From Mobula hypostoma (Eukaryota): 64,000 bases of DNA. The stretch is taken from the NCBI RefSeq assembly GCF_963921235.1, contig NC_086101.1, forward strand, positions 16,120,001 through 16,184,000. The letters run 5' to 3'. Shown here one piece after another: positions 50,242 to 62,830 of the stretch; position 1 is the stretch's first letter, and the number at the start of each line of letters is the position of its first letter. The notes below the pieces were generated by a model, which searched no databases, was not told the DNA's origin, and saw only the letters and a program-made list of their open reading frames with translations. Position numbers and translations under genes: made by a program.

Positions 50242-50861
50242 CTGTTGGTGGAAAGGACAGGCTTAGAAGTGAAGACGACTGTAAACAGCCTCCTGATCTG
50301 CAACGACCCTGAATCATTGTTCCCCTGGTAAAACAAATATGGCACAGGTGGTGGCCATTTGGCCCATTGACTTCATACCAGCCCCGACTCCCTTCCCCTC
50401 TTTCCAACGTTGTTTAGCTAATTTCTAATGTGCATTTGGGCTCCATTTCCACCACTGTTCTGAGCTCTCCATTCCAGTTCCTCACTGCTTTCCACTGAAC
50501 AGAGATTTTCCCCTTTTCCCTCCCAGACTTTTTAATGCTTACTCTACGGTCCTTTGATAAGGGAACACCTTGTTTGCCCTGTGTAAGACAGTCCTTATCT
50601 AGTACACCACCCAATGTTCATTGGAGAACTGTAACCTTGCCCCACGTCCCTGAAACCAGCCCTCATTCAGAAACTTCACATCCTTCCTAAAATAGATTGA
50701 TCATATCAGATAAAATTACAGCCTAACCAAAGTTCTGTATAGATTTACCACAGCTTTCCTGATTTTGTACACCTTGCCCATGAAGACTACTGACATATTG
50801 CAACAAAAAGAACCAATTGATAGCTCAACCAATTTAGAGCGAGACATGTACATTGTATTTA

Positions 50862-51419
50862 CACTCAGTGGCCAATTTCTTAGGTACACCTGTTTGTAAT
50901 GCAAATATCTAATCAGCCAATCATATGGCAGCAATTCAACACATAAAAGCATGCAGACATAGTCAAGAGGTTCAGTTGGTGTTCAGATCAAACATCAGAA
51001 TGGGGAAGAAACATGATCTTAAGTGACTTTGACTGTGAACTGATTGATGGTGCCAGATGGGGTGGTTCGAGTATCTCAAAAAATGCTGTTCTTCTGGAAT
51101 TTTCACGCACAATACTCTCTATAGTTTATAGAGAATGGTGAATAAGAAATATATCTAATGAGCGGCAGTTCTGTGGGCAAAAATGCTTTGTTAATGAGAG
51201 TGGTCAGAGGAGAATGGCCAGATTGATTCAAGCAGTCAGGAAGGTGGCAGTCTCTCAGATAACCACACGTTACAACAGTGGTGCGCAGAAGAGCATCTCT
51301 GAATGCACAACACATTGAACCTTGACGTGGATGGGCTACAGCAACAGAAGACCAAGAACATACAATCAGTAGCCACTTTATTAGGTACAGGACCTACCTA
51401 ATAAGGTGGCCATGGAGTG
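50862..51419 (+). mobile_element. Non-autonomous Tc1-like transposon
   Basis: TA|CACTCAGTGGCC...GAGTG|TA; HTH remnant; extra internal TIR copy at about 51361-51390. Confidence 0.88.
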
Positions 51420-53479
51420 TACCATATATATTACGAATAAAGTACATCTTCGAAATGAAAAACCTAAATATAAATAGTGCAATACAGGTTTATTTTTACA
51501 CTGGAAGTGGTACATGCCTGGAATGCACTGCTGGGGATGGTGGCAGAGGTTGATATTTCTGGGACATTTAAGATACTCTTAGATAGGCACAGGGCTGATC
51601 GAGAAATGGAGGGTTAGAGGCTGTGAAAGAAGGAGATGTTTGATTGACAGGAAAACAAATAAAGAATTATAGGGCTCCACACAGATGGCGGGGCTGGTAT
51701 TGAACCAAGGATGCTGGGGCTGTCTGGTAGCATCTCACTCTTTATTTTAAGCTTGCAATCACAGTTGCATCACGGCACAGTACGGCAATTCAAGCATATG
51801 GGAATGCAAGAGGCAGCAGAGAGTAGGGGACACAGCTGGGTCCATCACAGGCACAGCTCTTTCCCCCACTGATAGCATCTAAATGGAGCACTGCCTCAAG
51901 AGATTGGCATCTGGCATCAAGGATCTCCTCATCCAGGACAATGAACCCCACTATCCAGGACACACCATCTTCTTGCTGCTTATCATCATGCAGGAGATAC
52001 AGAAGCCTGAAGTCCCACACCAGGAACAGCTACTTTCTTACAACCATTTTACATCATTACAGCTGGGTATGGAAACACCATTGCCCTTAAAACAGAAAAT
52101 CCTACAAAAGGTGGCGTCTATGGCCCAGTCCATCACTGATAAAGACCTCCCCACCATTGAGCACATCTGAACAGTGTTGTTGCAGGAAAGCAGCATTGAT
52201 TGTCAAGGACCCCCAAATCCAGGCCACACACCCTTTTCGCTGCTGCCATCAGTAAGGTGGAACAGGAGCCTCAGGACTTGCACCACCAGGTTCAAGAACA
52301 GTTATTACCCCTCAACCATCAGGGTCTTGAACCAGAAGGGATAACTTCATTCAACTTCACTGTTCCCACAACCTATGAAGGACTTTTCATCTCATGTTCA
52401 CAATATTTATTGCTTATTTACTTATTTTAATTTTGTATTTGCACAGTTTGTCATCTTTTGCACATCAGTTAATTGCTTGTCCTGTTGGGTGCAGTCTTTC
52501 ATTGACTCTATTGTGTTTCGTGGAATTATTGTGTATGCCCACAAGAAAAAGAATCTCAGAGTTGTATATAGAGACATGTACTTTGATATTAAATTTACTT
52601 TCAACTTTGAATTCGGCTCTTGAATCAATCTTACTTCAGTGATGGAACACCACAGACCACCTTTTGCACTAGCATAGATTTGTTTCTATTTGTCTATCTC
52701 TTCTTCTTCCCATCTCTGTTTCCAGCATCATGGCATTACCAATGCAAGCCTATCTTTATTTTAGAAACATAGAAAGCCTACAGCACAATACAGGCCCTTT
52801 GGACCACAATGCTGTGCCGAACATGTACTTACTTTAGAAATTACCTAGGGTTACCCACAGCCCTCTATTTTTCTAAGCTCTATGTACTAATCCAGGAGTC
52901 TCTTAAAAGACCCTATCGTATCCACCTCCACACCGCCTCTGGCAGCCCATTCCACGTACTCACCACTCTCTGTGTTTTTTTCTTAAAAAGAAAACTTAAC
53001 CCTGACATCTCCTCTGTATCTACTTCCAAGCACCTTAAAACTGTGCCCTCTCGTGTTAGCCATTTCAACCCTGGGAAAAAGCCTCCGACTATCCACACGA
53101 TCAATACCTCTCATCATCTTATATATCTTTTTGTGTGGGTTGTCCAAACCTATATGCCTGCAGAGATGCCATAAACAAGTCTTTCACTGTACCTGTATCT
53201 TATTGTACCTGGGCAGGTGATGATAAACTTGTCCTGACTAAATAGTGGTCGGTTAATGAAATGGAATAACATCACATTAATAATTTGACTTGAATGCTAT
53301 TCATCAAATAATTAAAAGATACAAGTGCAGAAAGTTATTTTGAAAGAAGAATAGAGAGCAGAATGTTTCTAACGGGCTGGTAACAAGCAATGAAACACAA
53401 TTCAAGACAGTGCTGTCACTGAATCTTGCAGGAAGGGGTAAGGAGATGGAAAAAAGAGCAAATAGGGTTGTGGACCTAC

Positions 53480-53607
53480 CTAGCATTCTTGGTGGCATCC
53501 GAGCGCAGCATCTTCACGGCCACCATCAGGGGGCGACCTTTGCGGACATTGAGGGGGGTTCCTAGGTCCTCTAGCTCCTGAGGGTTATGCACTTCGCACA
53601 GGTGAAC
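53480..53607 (-). CDS. DDR1: DDR1 kinase exon (VHLCEV..PLNVRKGRPLMVAVKMLRSDATKNAR)
   Basis: cag|GTT ... AG|GTAGG, 128 nt, phase 0-2; PLNVRKG.PL and DATKNAR match DDR1 rather than DDR2. Confidence 0.97.
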
Positions 53608-54289
53608 CTGCAAGAGGAGGAGGGGTGAGGTCATTGGCCACTGGGTTAAAGCCTGCTTGCCGATCAAGGTCCCTTGTGTCTTTTTTTGAACAGCTGAAGA
53701 GAAATTACAGAGCATTTACTTACAGCACACTGGGAGGCCAATTTTTGCATTAACAAGGTTGCAAAAAAAAAAACCCAAAATGAAAACCTTACCTAGTGGC
53801 TAGACATGGCAGAAGAATTAGGCTAATTGGCTCCTCGGTCTGCTCCACTATTCAATTATGACAGATTTATTTTGTCCCTTAATTTTTACTTAAATACACC
53901 CATTGCCTTGGCCTCCACAGTCACCTTTGGCAATGAATTTCACAGATTCACCACCTTCTGGCTAAAGAAATTCCTACTCATCTCTCTTCTAAGGGGATGC
54001 CCTAGTCCGAGGCTGTGCCTGCTGGTCATGAATTCTCCCACTATTGGAAACATCCTCTCTATGTCCACTCTATCCAGCTTTTAATATTTGGTAGATTTCA
54101 AAGAGATTCCTCATTCTTCTAATCTCCAGCAAGTACAGGCCCAGAGCCATCAAATGCTCCTCCTACGTTAACCCTGTCATTCACGTGAACATCCTCTGGA
54201 TCCTCTCCACCGCCAACCACATCCTTTTGTAGATATGGGGCCCAGAACTGCTCACGATACTCTAAATGCAGTCTGAGCAATGCCTAATA

Positions 54290-55470
54290 AAGCCTCAGCA
54301 TTACATTCTTGCTTTAAGTTCTAGTCCTCTTGAAATGAATGCTACCATCACATTTGCTTTCCTTACTATCGTACCATATAACAATTACAGCACGGAAACA
54401 GGCCATGTCAGCCCTTCTAGTCCGTGCCGAACTCCTACTCTCACCTAGTCCCACCGACCTGCACTCAGTCCATAACCCTCCATTCCCTTCCTGTCCATAC
54501 ATCTATCCAATTTAACTTTAAACAACAACATCGAACCTGCCTCCACCACTTCTGCTGGAAGCTCATTCCACACAGCCACAACTCTCTGAGTAAAGTTCCC
54601 CTTCATGTTACCCCTAAACTTTTTTGCCCTTTAACTCTCAGCTCATGTCCTCTTGTTTGAATCTCCCCCACTCTCAATGGAAAAAGCCTATCCACGTCAA
54701 CTCTATCAATCCCCCTCATAATTTTAAACACCTCTACCAAGTCCCCTCTCGACCTTCTACGCTCAAAAGAATAAAGACCTAATTTGTTCAACCTTTCTCT
54801 GTAACTTAGGAGGTGAAACCCAGGCAACATTTTAGTAAACCTCCTCCGTACTCTCTCAATTTTATTGACATCCCCAACATATACCCCCATCACCTGCCCT
54901 ATCTCATTCCCTAACAGGAGATCCAACACTGCCCCTTCTCTAGTTAGTACCTCTATGTATTGCTGCAAAAAACTATCTTGCACACATTTGACAAACTCCA
55001 AACCATCCAGCCCTTTTACAGAATGGGCTTCCCAGTCTATGTGTGGAAAATTAAAATCGCCCACAATCACAACCTTGTGCTTACTACAAATATCTGCCAT
55101 CTCCTTACAAATTTGCTCCTCCAGTTCTTGGTCCCCATAGGAAGGTCTATAATACACCCCTATAAGCGTCACTACAACTTTCCTATTCCTCAATTCCACC
55201 CAAATAGCCTCCCTGGACGAGTCCACTAATCTATCCTGCCAGAGGACCACTGTTATATTTTCTCTGACAAGCAATGCAACACCTCCCCCTCTTGCTCCTC
55301 CTATTCTATCACACCTGAAGCAACAAAATCCTGGAATATTTAGTTGCCAATCACACTCCTCCTGCAACCACGTTTCACGAATACCTACAACATCATATTT
55401 CCAGGTATCAATCCATGCTCTAAGCTCATCCAGCTTTCTTACAATGCTCCGTGCATTAAAATAGATGCAT
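54290..55470 (-). mobile_element. Internally deleted CR1 (endonuclease joined directly to the ORF2 3' end)
   Basis: ORF 54603-55367 runs ..GDFNFPHIDW..EIGQVMGVYVG directly into DVNKIERVRRRFTKML; the RT core is missing. Confidence 0.85.
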
Positions 55471-55489
55471 TGTTCTGGAGCTGTTCCGG

Positions 55490-56750
55490 CCTATGGTCAG
55501 GCCACACTTAGATCCTCTCCAGTTCACCTACCAGCCCCGACCAGGAGCTGAGGATGTCATCGTCTACCTGCTGAACTGTGTCTACGCCCACCTGGACAAG
55601 CCAGCGAGCAGTGTGAGGGTCATGTTTTTTGACTTCTCCAGTGCGTTCAACACCATCCGCCCTGCTCTGCTGGGGGAGAAGCTGACAGCGATGCAGGTGG
55701 ATGCTTTCCTGGTGTCATGGATTCTTGACTACCTGACTGGCAGACCACAGTATGTGTGCTTGCAACACTGTGTGTCTGACAGAGTGATCAGCAGCACTGG
55801 GGCTCCACACAGGACTGTCTTGTCTCCCTTTCTCTTCACCATTTACACCTCGGACTTCAACTACTGCACAGAGTCTTGTCATCTTCAGAAGTTTTCTGAT
55901 GACTCTGCCATAGTTGGATGCATCAGCAAGGGAGATAAGGCTGAGTACAGGGCTATGGTAGGAAACTTTGTCACATGGTGTGAGCAGAATTATCTGCAGC
56001 TTAATGTGAAAAAGACTAAGGAGCTGGTGGTAGACCTGAGGAGAGCTAAGGTACCGGTGACCCCTGTTTCCATCCAGGGGGTCAGTGTGGACATGATGGA
56101 GGATTACAAATACCTGGGGATACGAATTGACAATAAACTGGACTGGTCAAAGAACACTGAGGCTGTCTACAAGAAGGGTCAGAGCCATCTCTATTTCCTG
56201 AGGAGACTGAGGTCCTTTAACATCTGCCAGACGATGCTGAGGATGTTCTACAAGTCTGTGGTGGCCAGTGCTATCATGTTTGCTGTTGTGTGCTGATGCA
56301 GCAGGCTGAGGGTAGCAGACACCAACAGAATCAACAAACTCATTCGCAAGGCCAGTAATGTTGTGGGGATGGAACTGGACTCTCTCACGGTGGTGTCTGA
56401 AAAGAGGATGCTGTCTAAGTTGCATGCCATCTTGGTCAATGTCTCCCACCCACTACTTAATGTACTGGGTGGGCACAGGAGTACAATCAGCCAGAAACTC
56501 ATTCCTCCGAGATGCAGCACAGAGAGCCATAGGAAGTCATTCCTGCCTGTGGCCATCAAACTTTACAACTCCTCCCTTGGAGGGTCAGACACCCTGAGCC
56601 AATAAGCTGGTCCTGGACTTATTTCATAATTTACTGGCATAATTTACATATTATTATTAAACTATTTATGGTTCTATTACTATTTATTATTTATGGTGCA
56701 ACTGTAACGAAAACCAATTTCCCCCGGGATCAATAAAGTATGACTATGAC
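55490..56750 (+). mobile_element. 5'-truncated Rex1/Babar (L2-group) LINE
   Basis: MFFDFSSAFNTI, QKFSDDSAIVG, YKYLG; 3' end caataaagtatgactatgac. Confidence 0.88.
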
Positions 56751-56985
56751 CACTTAAGAAACTCACCTCTTACTCTCTTTTTATCTTTAATGGAGCAAAC
56801 AACTTTGTTATTTGTATCAACTTACAAGTTAATCTTCAGGGAGTCCTGCACTAGAAATCCCAAGACTCTGTCAAGTTCTGAAAGCTCTGCAGTGAACTCA
56901 GACTTTATATGCAACAATTGATTACAGTGCTGCCCCAACATTCCCACCTCTTCTACGTGCCCCCCTTCCTCCTTTATCCACTTAC

Positions 56986-57230
56986 CTCCCCAAACTGGCC
57001 CTCCCCCAGCTTCTCCCGGAAGACAAGGCGTTGCCGTGGGAACTCGCCAACAGTGACCTCCTTTCCAGCCAGCATGTCGATGGCGATAGCAGGGACGGCA
57101 TACGTGTTATTTCCGGTCACTCCCTGCAGGTTGATGATGTCAGCCTCGGCGTAGTGGGGCACGCTGTTGGGGAAGCCCGTCTGAACGGCCATCTTGGTGA
57201 GGTCAGGCTCCGCGTACTCCCCATTGCATG
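56986..57230 (-). CDS. DDR1: DDR1 juxtamembrane/kinase-start exon ([25 protein letters not shown])
   Basis: cag|CA ... GAG|GTAAG, 245 nt, phase 1-0. Confidence 0.96.
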
Positions 57231-59263
57231 CTGGGAATGAGAAAGCAAAGGGATCAGGAGTCATGGGCAGCCTGGACTGGGACATAAGCAAATCCACGTT
57301 CATACAGGACACACTTTATCGCTCTGGTAAAAACATAGTACCCCTATGAAGTTGCATACCCAGTGGCCAAATCATGCACAGCAAGAGTCCACAGTAAGAT
57401 GGCGGCGATTTGGGTGATGTTGGTCGAGGGGAATGATCCTACTGCGTCCATCTTACATACTAGGCACAGAGAGGACAACAATCTGAAACTTACTGGTGGC
57501 AGCTATTGTGATGTAGCCAAGGGGCAGTGAACCTCTGGCACACGTGCCCAAGATAGCACACGCAAAAATTTTGTAGGGACTTTGCATCCCCTGCCACCCC
57601 TTGATTCTTCAAAACAGACCCATAATAAAAAGATACACAATGATTACCCTTACTGGCAAAAATACAGCAAATGACTCTGTGACGGAGAACACGTTAAAGA
57701 ATCATGGCTAGAATGTGCTCCTTTCCTTTTTGATCATTTTTCAGAAAAGAAAAAAAAATAATCACCATGACATGTTAGAATTTTTTATTTTTTTTTAAAG
57801 ATTATTGCCAATTTGGGTACACACTCCAAAAAGATTCCACTCCTAGTCTAGCCCATTTCAAATCTGTAGCACAGATCTTCTTTAGAGCATAGAACAGAAC
57901 TGGCTATTTGGACCTGCCTCTAATGGATCTGCCTCAACCCTGGCAGGGTGTTCAACGCACCTACAATTCACTGTGTAAAAAACATACCTCTGACACTATC
58001 TCTGCACCTTCCTCCGAACACCTTAAAGTTTTAAGGAGTCAATTCTAAGACCCAAGTTAGAAATAAAGGTGTATAAAATCATGAGGGCATTGATGGGGTG
58101 AGTGCACTGTTTTTCCCCAGGTTTTGAAGAATCAAGAAGTAAGAGCACAGGTTTAAGATGAGAAGGGAGAGATTTAATAGAACTTGAGGCAAATTTTTTT
58201 TTTAAATATATGGAGCGAGCTGCCAGAGGAGTTGGTTGAGAGTTACAGTAACAACTTTGAAAAGACAGTTGAAAAAATACTTGGACAGAAACGATTTAGA
58301 AGATTATGGGGCAAATGCTGGGAAATGGGACTAGCCTGGATGGAACATCCTGGTCAACGTAGAGTCTTCAGGCCAAAAGGCCTGATTCCATACTGTGAAC
58401 TAGCATCTACCAGGAGCTAACTAATCTATCAGTGTGATTTTTGCAATCTCAGCCAACAGTGGTTCTGACTTACAGAAACTTAGGGTTCATGGACTCTAAC
58501 GTGACATGGGCAGCGTGTACGCTCAAGGACCTGTTCTCCTGTTCAGAGGAAATTTCCATGGTCCGGCACTGGTCAAGTCCAGGGCCATCGGAAGAGAGTG
58601 TTTCAATCCAGATTTTCTCTGCTGGGGATATCCTGAACAGGCTAGTGCAGAGATAAGGCTGTTCAGCCCGTTATCTAATACTGCCTCCTTCCCCTTCTCC
58701 ACTCTGGCTCCTTGAAGATTTGCCACTCCACAGTGGGAACGGCTTCTAATCAATCAACTAAGATGGTCTCCCATGGCAAAGGTCAAGCCAGTGTGGTGCC
58801 GGGTAGAAGGAAATGTATTCATATAGCTGCTTTCCTGTTCCCACTCACATCACCAAACAGCTAATACAATTTGACGAGGGAGGGAATGAAGCAATGGACT
58901 GAATAGCCTTGGAGTCCACACCCACACACAATCCAGCAGCTGTTGTGGTCTTAGTTACTAAGGCTCGGCGTTTTCCCCAAATCCCTTATTATTAATGAGA
59001 TTTAAACTCCACATCTGCAGTGGTGGGATTCGAACTTGGGTCTCTGAATTGTTTGCTCAGAGGACCAGACCAGCACAAATTAACCTCTGCTCCATGACCG
59101 CACCCTAGTTGTCGGTAGGAAATTTGAGCTTTCCACTGGCTGCTCACAACTTTGATCTAGACCCCCTCCATCCATTCCCCTCCCACCCCTCCCTATTCCA
59201 CCCCTTGTACCATCCCCAGCCCAACTCAACCCAACTACCAGTCCGATTTGGCGAGGTCCTTAC

Positions 59264-59371
59264 CATCTGTGTTGATTGGCTTAAGCTGGTCCTTAGAGCA
59301 GCCAGGGCCTCCAATCGGGTGAGGGTTTGCAGAGAGTAAGAGGTGATAGGCTGGGTTGTTTAACAGGAGAG
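59264..59371 (-). CDS. DDR1: DDR1 b-isoform cassette exon (ALLLNNPAYHLLLSANPHPIGGPGCSKDQLKPINTD)
   Basis: cag|CT ... G|GTAAG, 108 nt, phase 1-1; matches the human DDR1b insert ALLLSNPAYRLLL. Confidence 0.92.
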
Positions 59372-61599
59372 CTGTCGGAGAGGAGGGAACACAACAAGGG
59401 TGGATGAACAACGAGGGTGGAAGGAGGAGCAACAAGACAGAAGGGGAAACAAACGAGGGGGGAGAGGGGAGGGGCAGGGGGTGGACAACACAATACTTGG
59501 GGCGAAGCCTCTGGTGCCACTTACACAGCCTCCACCCACCTCCCCACCGCCTGTTGGGCATCTCAAACCTTTCCTCGAGGTGACCTCATCCAATCACATT
59601 GCACCTAACATGGTGGTTCTAGGAAAGGGACTGTAGTAGGTGGTATGTCATTGGCCCAGAAATGGAAACGAATCACACAGCTCAAATTGAGAAGCAGAAC
59701 CAATCCGCTTGCAGAAGAGAAAGAGTTTCCCCTTTCTATCTCCTCCCCCCGACACCTGCCAATCAGTACCATCTCTGAACATTGACTGGACGGTGCATCT
59801 ACTGGTTGAGGAGATAAGGTTCCAGCATCCAATGACATTGGCCTGATGCTCCCTATATCCAACACTGAACCAATCGAGGTAAACATTCCCTTTCCTTACC
59901 CACCCTCCTATCTGTTGAGCATCATGACTAACATGGTTTAATTCTGGGTCTTAAAATCTGTTGGAGATACTCATCAGGTTAAACAGTATCTTTAGAGGGG
60001 GACAGGAACATTCGACGTATTGAGTCGAGAACCTATGTCAGGAGAAATGTGAGATTGGCTGAGAAATAAATAAATTAAACCGCTTATAATACGGCAGGTA
60101 TTGTTCACGACTGATCGCCTGGCATCCGGCTCACTCATTAATTTGGGCTGTGAGTGGGGAGGGGGTGGTAGGAGGTGGTGGAATCACGAGTGCAATTTGG
60201 GTGTGCAGCAGACCGTGGGACTGGTGTGTGAGAGCGCAGAGTGCAGCTGGGATTTGTAGAACATCTATTATTTCTTGCTCCTGTCAAAACCTTCCGGCTT
60301 CACCAGAAAATTTATTGTACCATTGTAAAATGTGTTAAAGAGGAAAAAGGGAAAATTAATGTGTGCATGGACCACAGTCCAGAAAATATGCTGCTCCATC
60401 TGAGTCCCTGAAGACAACAGCTTTCGGAGGTTTACTGCATGTGATATGAAAACCCATCTACACCACAAACCCTCTTACCCCACCCAGTTTCAGGCACAGT
60501 CCAGAAGTCCCTGGCTCCCATTCCGGACTGATGAATTTATACAATTAGATGCTGGATTATTGGAGTTCAAGTAGACAAGTCCAGATTTTTTTTTAAAAAT
60601 GCGCAGGATAGAAACTTCAAGTATGAGAGGAAGTGCTTGGAGGGCGTAGAGTTGAAAGGAGTTAAGTGTGGCAAAGTTTCTATTTACACAGAGAGTGGTA
60701 GGTAGCTGCAACGGGCTGTATGGAGGCAGATACAACAATGGCATTATGGCTGTTAGTCGGACACATGAATATTACTGGGAACAGGGGAACGTGGATGTAG
60801 ACTGTCACCTCCATCACAGGCACTGGCCTCCCCACCAACGACTTCGAAAGGCAGTGCCTCAAGAAAGCATTAGATTGATTTGTATGTTTCTATGTCCTAT
60901 GTTTGCTCTTGGAGTAGGTTAAAAGGTCGGCACAACATTGTGGGCTGAAGGGCCTGTACTGTTCTATGTTCTATTATGGACCCTCACCATCCAGGAGATG
61001 CCCTCTTCTCACTACTACCATCGGGGAGCAGGTACAGGAGCCTGAAGTCCCACAGTCAATGTTTCAGGACCTGCTCCTTCCCCTGTCATCAGATTTCTGA
61101 ATGGACAATGAGCCCATGAACATTATCTCACTCTTCTTCTGCACTATTAATGCGCTCCATTTTTATTGAACCTTGCAATAATTTTTTTTCTATGTCGTGC
61201 ATTCTACTGCTGCCAAGGAAACAACAAATTTTGTGACGTATGTTGGTGATAGTAAACCCGATTGTGAAGTGCAGACCGATGGGCAGTGGTATAATTTGGC
61301 GAGTCGAAGGGTCTGCTCCCCAGCCTGCACTGTTCCATGCTTATGCCCCATAATTTGTGTTGCCTCTGGATAACCCTAGCAAGGTGGCAGTGGTGGGGGG
61401 GAGAGGAGGGGGAGGGATATGGTCTTCAGGGATCCTCGACCAACTCCATCCAAAATGTGTCAACCAGCCGCGGACCCCTCTCTGCTGCTTTCCCTAATGG
61501 GGGGGGGGTTATGCCCCTCCTTCCACATGGATTCGGCTAATGAGCTACCTTCCCCCACCACATCCCCTCACCCACATCAACCCCGCCTCCGCAGCTCAC

Positions 61600-61810
61600 C
61601 GTCTCCATCAGCGGCTCCCTGCGGCAGATCGGGCAGTTTCATCCGCAGTCTGCTGGGCTCCTGGTATTCCAGCTCCCCGGAACTGATGCGCTCGTACAGG
61701 TTGGAGTGGCGGCTGGTGGCCCCGCTGGTCTGGGTGTTGTTGATGACGATGGTGTCGCCGGGAGTGGAGAGCCTCACGGTCAAGTCACCGTCTGAGATCC
61801 GCCGCTGAGC
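61600..61810 (-). CDS. DDR1: DDR1 first cytoplasmic juxtamembrane exon (AQRRISDGDLTVRLSTPGDTIVINN..YQEPSRL..)
   Basis: aag|GCT ... G|GTGAG, 211 nt, phase 0-1; the TM and ectodomain exons lie beyond the window. Confidence 0.93.
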
Positions 61811-62059
61811 CTTGGGGGTGAGGGGGCATTGAGGGGGAGGAATGGCCAGATTTAACGGAGGAAGACCTTATCCCTTCTCCTCTCCCACCCAGACAGACTG
61901 TCCTGTTTCCCCTTGCCACTCCCCACTAGCCCAATTCCCACCCTCCTCATTACCCAAACATTGGATAAGGACTGAGTACCAACTTCAAGGGGAAGGAGGG
62001 CCAATGGCACAAGTTTGCATCGAGGGAATTGGCAGAGGAGAGGGTCAGCAGCTTTAAAT

Positions 62060-62830
62060 TCCTGGGTATTAACATGCAAATTGGTCTGTCCTGGTCCCAG
62101 CACATAGATGCAATTACAAAGATGGTGTGTCAATGTCTCTGCTTCCTCATAAGATTCAAGGGATTCGGCTTGTGACTGGACACTCTATCATTTAAAGACG
62201 CACAGTTGAAAGTATCGTGACTGGTTGCACTCATGGTCTGGTACAGCTGCTACAATACAGCAGATTCATATTGATGCAATTACAAAGAAAGTATGCAAAC
62301 AGCTATACTTCATTAAGAGTTTGAGGAGATTTGGTATGTCACCAAAGACTCTAACAAATCTCTATAGGTGCACCGAGGAGAGCATTCTGACTGGATGCAA
62401 CCCTGCCAGGGATGGAGGCTCCAATGCAGAGGATCAGAAAAAGCTGCAAAGGGTTGTAGACTCAGCTAGCAGCATCATGGGCAACAGCTTCCCCGCCATC
62501 GAAAGCCTCTTCAGAAAGTGGTAACTCAAGGTGGCAGCATCCATCATGAAGGACTCTCACCGGCAGAAGCATGCCCTTTTCTCATTACTACCATCAGGGA
62601 GGAGGTACAGGGGCCTGAAGACACACGCTCAACGTTTTAGGAACAGCTTCTCCCCCTCCGCTGTCAGATTTCTGAACGGTCCATGAACACTACCTCACAA
62701 TTTCGCCCTTTTTTTTGCACCAGTTGTTTTTTTATCTATCCTTGTAATTTACAGTAATTTATGTATTGCACTGTATAGCTGCCATAAAACAAAATAAATT
62801 CACCACATATCAGTGATAAGAGATCGGAAT
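62060..62830 (+). mobile_element. Degenerate Rex/L2 LINE 3' fragments
   Basis: KFLG.., LYFIKSLRRFGMSPKTLTNLYRCTEESILTGC peptides and the 3' UTR. Confidence 0.75.

Noticed and set aside
50242-50263. Upstream AG that might give a DDR1c-like 6-aa insert
   Set aside because: It adds 20 nt, which is out of frame.
58548-58557. Perfect NF-kB-like palindrome GGAAATTTCC in a DDR1 intron
   Set aside because: A single 10-mer without clustering or conservation evidence.
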